Positions 26,730 through 35,389 of a stretch of 36,642 nt of DNA are shown here, one piece after another (position 1 is the stretch's first letter; the number at the start of each line of letters is the position of its first letter). The stretch spans positions 1 to 36,642 of the forward strand of contig JBGSRB010000435.1 in NCBI GenBank assembly GCA_041737735.1, written 5' to 3'. This DNA comes from Anaerolineae bacterium. GTDB lineage: Bacteria; Chloroflexota; Anaerolineae; Aggregatilineales; Phototrophicaceae. The notes below the pieces were generated by a model. That model was not told the DNA's origin and searched no databases. It saw nothing but the letters and a program-made list of their open reading frames with translations. The position numbers and the translations under genes were made by a program.

Positions 26730-27719
26730 CTATTCATCTTCATCCAATATGTGGCTTATTCCACCCAAATACGGTGGAAGCTCAGATAAAAACTTAAGAT
26801 CATCCTTTTCAGACTGAGTAAGTTCACGAGAAATATAAGGGGATAATTCGTATAGAAAGATAAGCAACTTTTGCAAAGCGTTTTGTGTAAACTTCACTTC
26901 ACCATGCCATAATGTTCTAATAATTGACAAAGCAAATTCAACATAGACTGTAGGGATTTTCAAAATGTGTAGATCTTCCCAAGAATCATATGCTTCAGGG
27001 TATAAAACTCTATATTGTGCTTCTAGTGGATTAGTACAACGTTTATGCACCCAATATACGTCAAACCACGTTGTAATCTCTGTATCTTCTTCATCTTGCC
27101 GCCAAAAGATTAAATTACCTGAGTATTCATAAGTTCCATCTTGTTTGCGTGGGAACAGGTCCTTTTCACAGTATGCACATTTCAAACCCTCAGTTTTCCT
27201 CAATAACTTCGCCGGAATTGGATGCTCCTGTTGCCACTTCTGAAATGAAATCGGAAAATAACGTTTTGCCAAAACTGCTCCATTAGAATTAGATAATAAA
27301 TCACTTTCTATTCTATTTGAGTCAAATACAGCCATCTCAATTTTTTCAGTCTTTTGCAGCCCACTAAGTTTTGAAGAAAGCGCGTTAGATGGAAGTGTCG
27401 AATAGAATCCGATAAAACCCTCACAGTCATGACTTCTGACGCGATCTAAAACATTGATTTCAGCGTCTACACCTACAGAATTACCACTATGGGCTTTATG
27501 TTTACAACTCACAAGCCATTTGATTTTGGTTTCACCTGTTATACCCGTTCGTGTTTCCTGTACTAGTAAATCTAAACCCCCATCTGCCCCACGACTGGGG
27601 GGACGAAGAATCTCGAAGCCAAATATTTCTAGAAAGTCCCTGGCGAACAACTCAAATTGATCTTGGTTTCCAGATGCAATATGCGCTTCAGGAATTTCTT
27701 TGAAATCTAATACAGCCAT
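26730..27719 (-). CDS. Mrr-like PD-(D/E)xK restriction-endonuclease-domain protein with a C-terminal putative Zn-binding domain
   Basis: FELFARDFL...GF......RGADGGLDLLV...WLVSCKH (Mrr_cat-like); CAYC and HKRC in the C-terminal half; AAGGA RBS before ATG 27719; AT-rich (one sampled 60-mer at 26821 is 35% GC). Confidence 0.8.
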   Translation of the reverse strand: MAVLDFKEIPEAHIASGNQDQFELFARDFLEIFGFEILRPPSRGADGGLDLLVQETRTGITGETKIKWLVSCKHKAHSGNSVGVDAEINVLDRVRSHDCEGFIGFYSTLPSNALSSKLSGLQKTEKIEMAVFDSNRIESDLLSNSNGAVLAKRYFPISFQKWQQEHPIPAKLLRKTEGLKCAYCEKDLFPRKQDGTYEYSGNLIFWRQDEEDTEITTWFDVYWVHKRCTNPLEAQYRVLYPEAYDSWEDLHILKIPTVYVEFALSIIRTLWHGEVKFTQNALQKLLIFLYELSPYISRELTQSEKDDLKFLSELPPYLGGISHILDEDE

Positions 27720-27731
27720 GTTCAATCCTTT

Positions 27732-27760
27732 GTAGAGAGCGTGAAGTTCACGCTCTCTAT
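27732..27760. repeat. GTAG-initiated palindrome (REP-like) between metH and the nuclease
   Basis: TAGAGAGCGTGAA-G-TTCACGCTCTCTA perfect 13-bp inverted repeat starting GTAG, with no U tract in either direction. Confidence 0.6.
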
Positions 27761-27769
27761 GTGATAACA

Positions 27770-30700
27770 TTACGCCTTTTCGATTTGCTCGACGCGATCC
27801 ACGCCCACGTTGAAGTATTTCGCGTCGGGATGATGCGTGATGATCGCCGCCGTGCTTTGTTCGGGAATCCACTGGTAAGACGGCGACAGCGTCATGCCAA
27901 TTTCAGCGACGGCGTTAGGCAGCAGGCGCAGCACCGTTTGATGATCGCTCAAGTCGGGGCAAGCGGGATAGCCCCACGAATAACGCTTGCCTTGATCATC
28001 CGCAATGCCAAAGCCACGATTGATGACTGCCTGATGCACATAGCTGGCGGTCGCTTCGGCGGCTTGCACGGCTAACCCGTGAAAGAAGTAGGCTTCGCTG
28101 TAGTTGTCGGCGTTTTGCAAACGGTCGAAGGTCTCGCTGGCGACCTGCCCCACCGTGACCACTTGCAGCGCCACCGCGTCAATCATGCCGGAGTCGACAG
28201 GCGCGAAATAATCGCTGATACACAGATGCTCGCCATAAGGCTGACGCGGGAAGGCGAAGCGCGCGATCTCGCTGCGTTCGTTTTGCTCACCACGCACGAA
28301 CGGTTCAGGATCGTAAATCACCAGATCATCGCCGTCGCGGTTGGCGGGAAAATAGCCATAAACCGCTTGCGGCAACAGCGTTTTGTCGCGCAGCGCAGCG
28401 CGGCTCATCTGATCAAGGCGCGTTTCAAACTCGGCTTGGAGGCGCGTCCAGTCGTCGCCGTGCGTGTTCCCCGCGCCCCAACTCAAGCGGAACAATTCCG
28501 GCTTGTGCAGATAACGCAGCACGATTTCGAGCGGCATCGAGCGGATCGTGCGCGCGCCCCAGAACGGCGGCGTGGGAATATTCGGCGCTGGCTTGACCGT
28601 ACTCGCGCCGTTGAGCGTCCGCGCGCGCCGCACAGGAACGGGCTTATCGAGTTCGGCGTAGGCTTCGGCTTGCACCCGCTCGATCAGATCGGCGCGCTTG
28701 GCGGGATCAATCAGCGTGTCCATGATGTCCAAGCCTTCAAACGCATCCTTGCAGTAGAACACGCCGGGGGCATAAGGCGCGTCGGTGTCATCGAGAAACA
28801 TCACGCGCCGCCCGAATTTGCGATTGATCGCCGCGCCGCCGATCAGCACGGGAAACGCCAGATCACGCCGCGCCAACTCGTTGACCACCAGCGGCATCTG
28901 CTTGCTGGTGCTGACCAGCAGCGCCGATAACCCGATGGCGGTGGCGTTATGCGCGACCGCCTGCTCGATGATCGTGTTCACGGGAACCTGCTTACCCAGG
29001 TCATGCACGGTGTAGCCGTTGTTGCTCAGAATGGTTTTGACCAAGTTCTTGCCGATATCATGCACATCGCCGTAGACAGTCGCCAATACAACCGTGCCTT
29101 TGGTCGAACCTGCGAGCTTCTCCATGAAGGTTTCGAGATAGGCGACGGTCTTTTTCATGACTTCGGCGCTTTGCAGCACGAACGGCAAAATCAGTTCGCC
29201 TGCGCCGAATTTATCCCCGACTTCCTTCATGGCGGGCAGCAGCACGTTGTTCAACACGCCGACCGCATCCTGCCGCGTAAGCGCATCATCGATCAGGCGT
29301 TCGACGCCCTCTTTCTTGCGATGCAGAATTTGCCAATGCAGCGCTTCCTCGGCGCTCATGTCAGCCGTGGGATCGACCGCTTCCGCGCCTGCAAGCTGCA
29401 CATCGTTCTGCTCGAAGTATTGAATGAAGCGTGGCAGCGCATCCTGATCGCTGTTGAAGATCAGGTCATTGACCAGCTTGCGTTGGTCTTCAGGAATTTC
29501 GGCGTAAGGCGTGATGTGCGCCGGATTGACAATCGCCATATCCAAACCCGCCGCCACCGCGTGATACAAAAATACGCTGTTCAGCACGCCGCGCGCCGCG
29601 GGACTCACGCCGAACGACACATTGCTGACGCCGAGCGCGGTCATCACGCCGGGGATGCGCTGCTTGATCAAGCGGATGCCTTCGAGCGTTTCCACAGCAT
29701 CATTGCGCAGTTCTTCCTGTCCGGTGGTCAGCGGAAACGTGAGTGCGTCGAAGATCAAGTCTTCCGGCGCTAAACCGTATTCATCGACCGCGATCCGCGT
29801 GATGCGCTCGGCAATCGCCAACTTACCCTCACGGGTGTGCGCCATACCAACTTCGTCGATGGTCATGCTTAACACGCCCGCGCCATGTTTCAGCGCGATG
29901 GGCAGCACCTGGTCGATGCGTTCGCGCCCATTTTCCAAGTTGTTGCCGTTGATGATCGCCCGCCCCGGATACACGCTCAGGGCGGCTTCCGCGACTTCCG
30001 GTTCGGTCACGTCGATGATCAGCGGCGCTTCCACGCTCATCGCCAGCTTCTTGACCAGCGTTTGCATCTGCAAGGCTTCGTCGGCGCGTTCGGTCAGCGC
30101 CACGCACACATCGAGCATGTGCGCGCCGCGTTCGACCTGTTCCAGCGCAATCGGGATCACGCTGTCGTAGTCGTCGTTGATCAGCAAGCGCTTGACCTTA
30201 CGGCTGCCCTGCGTGTTGACACGCTCACCGATCATGGTCGGACCCGGATTCTGGATCATGGGGGTGGCGCGCATGTTGCTGCTGGCTTGCGCGGCATACT
30301 CCACCGGACGCATCTGCGGCGCTGTTCGGTGCGCGCGCCCGTCGATCAAGTCCTGATGCGCATGACCATGCACCTTGCGATACAGCAGATCGAGATGTTC
30401 CGGCTGCGTGCCGCAGCACCCGCCGACTACACCCACACCCCAACGGGTGAACTCCGCCACCATCGCGCTGAACGGTTCCGGCTCCATCGGGTAGACGGCT
30501 TCGCCATCGACGTTGATCGGCAGTCCGGCATTGGGCAGAATCGAGATCGGCAACGGCGAGTTTTCCACCAAATACTTGACCGGCTCGCGCATATATTCAG
30601 GCCCGGTCGAGCAGTTCAAGCCGATCACGTCGATGGGCAGGGCTTCGAGCGTGGTCAAGGCGCTGGCAATATCCGTGCCGAACAACATACGCCCGCTGAC

Positions 30701-31333
30701 ATCAAGCGTAACCTGCACCTGAAGCGGAACGCGCACGCCCGCATCTTTGAAATACTGGTTGATGCCCCAGATCGCCGCCTTGACTTCGAGAATGTCTTGG
30801 CTGGTTTCGAGCAGCAGCAGATCAGCGCCGCCTTCGACCAAACCGCGCGCCTGCTCGTAAAAAATCTGCGCCAGTTCGTCAAAGGTGATGTTGCTCAAGT
30901 CGGGATCGTTCCCGCTCGGCAGCTTGCCGGAGGGTCCCATTGATCCCGCTACAAAGCGCGGGATGCCCGTTTCACGCGCGAAACGGTCGCACACCTCACG
31001 CGCCAATTGCGCCGCCGTGTGATTGATGGCGTAAGCCTGCTCGCTCAAGCCGTATTCGGTCAGCGTGAGCGGGTTACTGCGGAACGTGTCGGTTTCGACC
31101 ACTTCCGAGCCTACTGCCAAAAATGAAGCGTGAATTTCCGCGATCACATCGGGGCGCGTGATCACGAGATAATCGTTACAGCCGTTGTACTGTTCGCCGC
31201 CGAAGTCGTCAGCGGTCAGGTTATAGCGCTGGATACTCGTTCCCATCGCGCCGTCGAAGATCACCACGTGATCGGCGATGGCATCGAGATAACGGCGATT
31301 GGTAAAGATGCGCTGCGTGTGGCGTTGAGTCAC
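27770..31333 (-). CDS. metH: Cobalamin-dependent methionine synthase
   Basis: DGAMGT, GLNCSTGP, GGCCGT; pterin domain IGERVN..GS, GVSNVSFG; B12-binding GDVHDIGKNLV; reactivation domain RYSWGYPACPDL, PEQST.A...HHP.AKYF. GTG start with GAGAGGG RBS. Confidence 0.97.
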   Translation of the reverse strand: MTQRHTQRIFTNRRYLDAIADHVVIFDGAMGTSIQRYNLTADDFGGEQYNGCNDYLVITRPDVIAEIHASFLAVGSEVVETDTFRSNPLTLTEYGLSEQAYAINHTAAQLAREVCDRFARETGIPRFVAGSMGPSGKLPSGNDPDLSNITFDELAQIFYEQARGLVEGGADLLLLETSQDILEVKAAIWGINQYFKDAGVRVPLQVQVTLDVSGRMLFGTDIASALTTLEALPIDVIGLNCSTGPEYMREPVKYLVENSPLPISILPNAGLPINVDGEAVYPMEPEPFSAMVAEFTRWGVGVVGGCCGTQPEHLDLLYRKVHGHAHQDLIDGRAHRTAPQMRPVEYAAQASSNMRATPMIQNPGPTMIGERVNTQGSRKVKRLLINDDYDSVIPIALEQVERGAHMLDVCVALTERADEALQMQTLVKKLAMSVEAPLIIDVTEPEVAEAALSVYPGRAIINGNNLENGRERIDQVLPIALKHGAGVLSMTIDEVGMAHTREGKLAIAERITRIAVDEYGLAPEDLIFDALTFPLTTGQEELRNDAVETLEGIRLIKQRIPGVMTALGVSNVSFGVSPAARGVLNSVFLYHAVAAGLDMAIVNPAHITPYAEIPEDQRKLVNDLIFNSDQDALPRFIQYFEQNDVQLAGAEAVDPTADMSAEEALHWQILHRKKEGVERLIDDALTRQDAVGVLNNVLLPAMKEVGDKFGAGELILPFVLQSAEVMKKTVAYLETFMEKLAGSTKGTVVLATVYGDVHDIGKNLVKTILSNNGYTVHDLGKQVPVNTIIEQAVAHNATAIGLSALLVSTSKQMPLVVNELARRDLAFPVLIGGAAINRKFGRRVMFLDDTDAPYAPGVFYCKDAFEGLDIMDTLIDPAKRADLIERVQAEAYAELDKPVPVRRARTLNGASTVKPAPNIPTPPFWGARTIRSMPLEIVLRYLHKPELFRLSWGAGNTHGDDWTRLQAEFETRLDQMSRAALRDKTLLPQAVYGYFPANRDGDDLVIYDPEPFVRGEQNERSEIARFAFPRQPYGEHLCISDYFAPVDSGMIDAVALQVVTVGQVASETFDRLQNADNYSEAYFFHGLAVQAAEATASYVHQAVINRGFGIADDQGKRYSWGYPACPDLSDHQTVLRLLPNAVAEIGMTLSPSYQWIPEQSTAAIITHHPDAKYFNVGVDRVEQIEKA

Positions 31334-31349
31334 GGGTTACCCTCTCTCG

Positions 31350-32447
31350 TCATTTCGGATTATCTTCATTGGGCGTTGATTGAGGCGCGTTCGCGCTCTG
31401 GTTCTGATCGCGGCGGGCGCGCAGTTCGTCTTTGCGTTGTTTAAGCGACTTGAAATAATCCGACTCGCTGATCTCTTCAACGGCGCGGTTGCGTCTGGTT
31501 TCATCGACCTGAATATTGAGCAGTTCGAGATCACGACGCATTTGCTCAAGCCGCTGCTGAATCTCGTCTGCCATGCGCCGGATCAATTGGGCGGTCATGC
31601 CTAGCTCGTCAGTACGCTGAGACAGCGCGCTGATGCTGACATAAGCGGGCGAATTAGGCGTCAGCTTATCATCCCCAACCAGCTCCGCCAGTTCACCGAT
31701 GCGCGCGGCGGGACGGATGACCGCACGCCGCAGCAGGAAGTTCACGCTTAGAATCACGCCGCCGAAGATCGCGCAGTAGATCGCTATCGTCGTAATCGAC
31801 AATTGCAGCGCCTCGTTCAACACGTCGCGCGCAGGAACGTAGACCGTTTGCGCGGCGACGATCTCGCCCATCTGCCAGCCGAAGCCGTTTTCACTGCCAT
31901 AGGTGTTGATCAAACTGACGGGCGCATTGACCGGATCACCATGACAGACCAAACACGCCTGCGAGTTGATCGCTAGCGGGCGCATACTGTAAAAAACCTG
32001 CTCGCCGCTGCGCGTGGTAAAACCGGAAAGCTCGTCCAGACTGGGGTCGGCGCGAAACTGTTCGATCATCGTGCGCTCAAAATCGGTGGCACGGTCACGC
32101 ATGTTGGTGGGGTTCAGGGTCGCTTCTTTGTACAAGTAGCTGCGATACTCATCTCCTTGACGAAAACTGTCGAACACCTCACGCGCGCTGAAGGCAGGCA
32201 CACTTTCAGGCACAAACACCACGCCCGATGCAACTTCGTCTTCCAGCAGCGGGTTGATGTGAGCGCTGGTGTAAGCGCGCACGGCGTTCATGGTTTCGAT
32301 CAATAACTGTCCCCGATAGGCAACATTCGCCTGCACCTGACTCGACATCACGTTAAACAGCACCAACCCCGTGATGACGATGCCGATCAGGAAAAAGCTG
32401 AGCAGGAGCAAGGTGAACTTGGTACTCAGGTTAAAGCGACGCATCAA
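31350..32447 (-). CDS. DUF3365 (Tll0287-like) c-type heme membrane sensor with HAMP and coiled-coil tail, no output domain
   Basis: TM1, AVRAYT, VPAFSAREVF, YKEATLNPTN.RDRA..FE, heme motif CLVCH, YG..NGFGW, TM2, HAMP (IRP...DELG), tail IQVDE.RR...VEEISESDYF..LK. Start TTG 32447 or ATG 32444. Confidence 0.85.
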   Translation of the reverse strand: MMRRFNLSTKFTLLLLSFFLIGIVITGLVLFNVMSSQVQANVAYRGQLLIETMNAVRAYTSAHINPLLEDEVASGVVFVPESVPAFSAREVFDSFRQGDEYRSYLYKEATLNPTNMRDRATDFERTMIEQFRADPSLDELSGFTTRSGEQVFYSMRPLAINSQACLVCHGDPVNAPVSLINTYGSENGFGWQMGEIVAAQTVYVPARDVLNEALQLSITTIAIYCAIFGGVILSVNFLLRRAVIRPAARIGELAELVGDDKLTPNSPAYVSISALSQRTDELGMTAQLIRRMADEIQQRLEQMRRDLELLNIQVDETRRNRAVEEISESDYFKSLKQRKDELRARRDQNQSANAPQSTPNEDNPK

Positions 32448-32546
32448 TTATGCAACCTCAATCTTAAACAACGTTGGTTTCGATGGATGTTCGTTGGCAA
32501 TGTGATGTTACTCGCTTCCACATCTAACCAAGTCTGGTGTTTTCTG

Positions 32547-32587
32547 AAAAAAACAAAAATGCCGCTTCCACATCAGGAAAACGGCAT
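32547..32587 (-). terminator. Intrinsic terminator of the SAM riboswitch expression platform
   Basis: Minus strand ATGCCGTTTTCC-TGATGT-GGAAGCGGCAT followed by TTTTGTTTTTTT. The alternative helix ATGAGCA/TGCTCAT joins the P1 3' strand to the terminator 5' edge (antiterminator). Confidence 0.88.
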
Positions 32588-32609
32588 GAGCAGTCAGGTT
32601 CAGATCATG

Positions 32610-32711
32610 CTCATCGCTCAGACGTTTTGCCTGACGGAATTGGCACCTTCCCGACGCTTCGGGGGCTGCCGCGCGTTCGTAGAGCCGTATCTCTCCCGCG
32701 CTCATGATGAG
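32610..32711 (-). ncRNA. SAM-I (S-box) riboswitch aptamer
   Basis: Minus strand CTCATC-ATGAG...GAGAGA-TACGGCTCT-ACGAA...GGCAGC...AAGGTGCCAATTCC...GATGAG: P1 CTCATC/GATGAG, P3 GGCAGC/GGTGCC and P4; located upstream of metH/yitJ. Confidence 0.93.
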
Positions 32712-32719
32712 TTAACGTC

Positions 32720-32748
32720 ATGGTAGCATAACGAATCACGCGCGTCAA
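32720..32748 (-). promoter_or_regulatory. Sigma70-type promoter of the met operon
   Basis: TTGACG - 17 nt - TACCAT with extended -10 TG, 8 nt upstream of riboswitch P1. Confidence 0.8.
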
Positions 32749-32769
32749 GCTGATCGCGCCGAGCGCGGT

Positions 32770-33417
32770 TTAGCGCAAACCAGCCATCAACGTATCGATG
32801 AAAATATCTGCGATCTGCGCGCCATTCAAGCGTCCGTCGGGACGATACCACACACCCACCCAATTCTGCGCGCCCAACAACAGCTTGGTGACCATGCCCG
32901 CATCCAGTGGACGCAGCACGCCTGCCATGCAGCCCGCTTCGATCACCGTTTGGAACAACTCCTCAAAATAATCGCGCCGTGCGAAGAAGGCATCACGCCG
33001 CGCGATCAGGTCAGCGTAAGCGGCGCGCTCATCGCGGCTGGCGCGCGCGTTCGGCGCTTTGATCTGGCGCAGCGCGTGCAGCTCAAACACCATCGCCGCA
33101 GCGACAGCGGGATTCTCGGTCACGGCGATGATGTGCGCGCTGATCATGCCACGCAGTTGCGCCAATGGATCAAGCGTGCTGTCGTTCACGAACACTTCTA
33201 AGCGTTTGATCGCATCTTCCAAGCCGAATTCCAGCACCGCCAGCACCAGCGCATCTTTATTGCGAAAATGATGATACAGGCTGGCGGCAGTCAGGTTGAC
33301 TTCGGCGGCGATGGCGTGCATGGTGGCGGCTTCATATCCGCCACGCCGCAGCACATCGGCGGCGGCGGAAATAATGGCGGCGCGATTGACTAATTGATCA
33401 GCGGGTTTCCGTGCCAT
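32770..33417 (-). CDS. TetR/AcrR family regulator (KstR2/PaaR-like C-terminus)
   Basis: HTH GYEAATMHAIAAEVNLTAASLYHHFRNKDAL; C-terminal LGAQNWVGVWYRPDGRL. Start set to ATG 33417. Confidence 0.9.
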   Translation of the reverse strand: MARKPADQLVNRAAIISAAADVLRRGGYEAATMHAIAAEVNLTAASLYHHFRNKDALVLAVLEFGLEDAIKRLEVFVNDSTLDPLAQLRGMISAHIIAVTENPAVAAAMVFELHALRQIKAPNARASRDERAAYADLIARRDAFFARRDYFEELFQTVIEAGCMAGVLRPLDAGMVTKLLLGAQNWVGVWYRPDGRLNGAQIADIFIDTLMAGLR

Positions 33418-33619
33418 AACGCTCGCTTCGATGAAGGATGCAATAAAGTGAGCATAAAAGAGTTTCACTGGCTTTGCCAAGCGCCAATTCCAGCCCACGC
33501 GGACTCATGCGGCAATTCGAGCGCGCACAATCCACCCAAAGATTAGGGCGCGACGCACCCAGGAGCGAATTTCAGGCGTATAATCAGGTTATTGTATTGG
33601 TCACTTTAGGGAGTCTTCG

Positions 33620-34678
33620 ATGCGTATTTTGGTGATTGTTGTATCCGTGTGTTTACTTGTGTTTGCAGGCGCGGCGAGCGCGCAAACGGTTCCGGTGGTG
33701 TGCGGCGGCTTGAATGATGCCGACTGCGCCATCCTCACCCGTGCGAATGAGCAGACGCTCACGCTCGACGCAGCATCGTTCAGCATGACCATGAACATGC
33801 GTGTGCAGGACAGATTTGAGAACATCAACATTGATATTTACGCCGATGGCGCGTTCGATGGCGCGACCGCCGTCGCCACGCCCGATCCAATGGCGATGAT
33901 GAATACCACCGCGCAGTTCGATTATCTGGTTGAAGTGCTGCGCGCCGCCAATGCCAACTTGAACATGACGATCACGCTGCCCGATGGCGCGCTGCCCAGT
34001 GAAAATAAGCTCGATCTCAATTTAGTGTTGGTCGATGGCTTCGGCTATGTCGATTTTGATGGCTTGCAAGCCGCGATCAACGATCCGTCGCTCAGCGGGT
34101 GGGGTGGCATCGATCTGGCGAGCTTGCTTGAAGAGTTTATCAGCGAGTTTGGTCCAATGCTCGACATGCAAATGGACACCACGGGACAGATCGACCCCGA
34201 ACTGCTGGAAACCTTCACTGATCCCACCTTTTTGGAGGATGTTGTCACCTTCACGCGCACCGATGACGGCAGCGGCAATCTCGCCGTGTTCAGCGCCGAT
34301 TTCGATTTCGTCGCGCTGTATGCTGCGCCCGCTTTCCGTTCGTTGATGCTTCAGCAGCTTGAGGCGCAAGGTTCGCCCGTGACCGAAGCGGAATATGACG
34401 AACTCATCGGCATGATGACGACGCTGTTTGAAGGGGTCACCTTCACATTTGAGCAGTCGATTGATCTCACCAGCGGCTTCTTGACGGGCATTCACATGGA
34501 TATGGTGTTCGATGGCGCCAGCTTCGGCGAGGTGGGCAGCAGCGCAGAGTTCAGCATTGTGGTCGATTACGCTGACTTCAACGACGCGCCCGCGATCACC
34601 GCGCCGGCGAACGCGGCAATTCTGCCCTACGAGACGCTGATCGGCATGTTGATGGGCGGCGCGGGCGCAAATTTCTAG
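33620..34678 (+). CDS. Hypothetical exported acidic protein
   Basis: Signal peptide ending ASAQ, CGGL...DC, beta-rich pattern and C-terminal FN....ITAP; GGGAG RBS; TATAAT at 33579-33584. Confidence 0.75.
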   Translation: MRILVIVVSVCLLVFAGAASAQTVPVVCGGLNDADCAILTRANEQTLTLDAASFSMTMNMRVQDRFENINIDIYADGAFDGATAVATPDPMAMMNTTAQFDYLVEVLRAANANLNMTITLPDGALPSENKLDLNLVLVDGFGYVDFDGLQAAINDPSLSGWGGIDLASLLEEFISEFGPMLDMQMDTTGQIDPELLETFTDPTFLEDVVTFTRTDDGSGNLAVFSADFDFVALYAAPAFRSLMLQQLEAQGSPVTEAEYDELIGMMTTLFEGVTFTFEQSIDLTSGFLTGIHMDMVFDGASFGEVGSSAEFSIVVDYADFNDAPAITAPANAAILPYETLIGMLMGGAGANF

Positions 34679-34715
34679 CCCATCCGCACGCATAAAGGGC
34701 AACCTGTAGCACTCA

Positions 34716-34755
34716 ATAACGGGGCTTGGCTGATGATGCCAAGTCCCGTTTATTC
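34716..34755. terminator. Probable bidirectional terminator between convergent genes
   Basis: AACGGGGCTTGGC (34718-34730) / GCCAAGTCCCGTT (34738-34750) with AT-rich flanks. Confidence 0.7.
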
Positions 34756-34757
34756 TC

Positions 34758-35225
34758 TCAGCTCGCGGCATCAGCGGGAGCGGCGAATCGCGGGAACAAC
34801 CCATCGGGATCATCAATCGTATCCCACGCGCTGGTGTCGAACCCGCGCTCACGGCATTCGATGTGCGGCTGATGCACCACTTTGGCGCGGTCGGAAAACT
34901 CGCGGAACTCCGTTTGGGCGGAACCAAACACGCTCCAAGTCATCATGCCTGTTGCACAATTGACATACAGTTCAATGATGTTCCCGCGACTGTACATGCC
35001 TTCTGACGTGGTGTACATCTCGGAATAATTAATCGGTGTGCCAGTCCAACCCGCATACGGATACTCATACCCGCCTGTGGTTTCATCAAAAGCATTGATG
35101 TCTGCTGCCAAACCCACCACGATGTAAACCAGTGCCACCGCCCCAACGAATGCGAAAAAACCAATGAGTACGCGCAAAACCGGGTGCAGTCGGCGGCGCT
35201 TGTCTACAATTGCAGTACCATTCAT
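34758..35225 (-). CDS. Hypothetical single-pass membrane protein
   Basis: Basic N-terminus, one TM and an extracellular domain with two Cys; GGAGA RBS before ATG 35225. Confidence 0.65.
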   Translation of the reverse strand: MNGTAIVDKRRRLHPVLRVLIGFFAFVGAVALVYIVVGLAADINAFDETTGGYEYPYAGWTGTPINYSEMYTTSEGMYSRGNIIELYVNCATGMMTWSVFGSAQTEFREFSDRAKVVHQPHIECRERGFDTSAWDTIDDPDGLFPRFAAPADAAS

Positions 35226-35389
35226 GCTTACAGTTCTCCACTTAAATGACGACGTTGGTAAATACGTGATCATCATGGGTCAAGTTACCAAATTTGCCGC
35301 GCACCAACAGTTCAGCCTACGCTTGACGAAAATGGTCACAATGGGTCATAATGGGTCTATATCGATCTTGAAGCACCCGCAAAGTGAAA

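Noticed and set aside
23558-27769. Integron-like cassette array explaining the passenger genes
   Set aside because: The intergenic hairpins lack RYYYAAC/GTTRRRY attC ends, are not similar to each other, and no integrase is present.
32487-32726. Short ORFs 32487-32726 (+) and 32508-32705 (-)
   Set aside because: They overlap the SAM-I riboswitch, terminator and promoter, which fully explain the region.
33387-33400. Imperfect palindrome TGACTAATTGATCA as a TetR operator
   Set aside because: Only 10/14 symmetric, inside the coding region, and no second copy seen.
562-34927. Long antisense ORFs such as 562-1323, 25642-26343, 28079-28930, 28949-29773, 29885-30943 and 34022-34927
   Set aside because: Shadow frames of well-supported genes in GC-rich DNA; no recognisable motifs or RBS.
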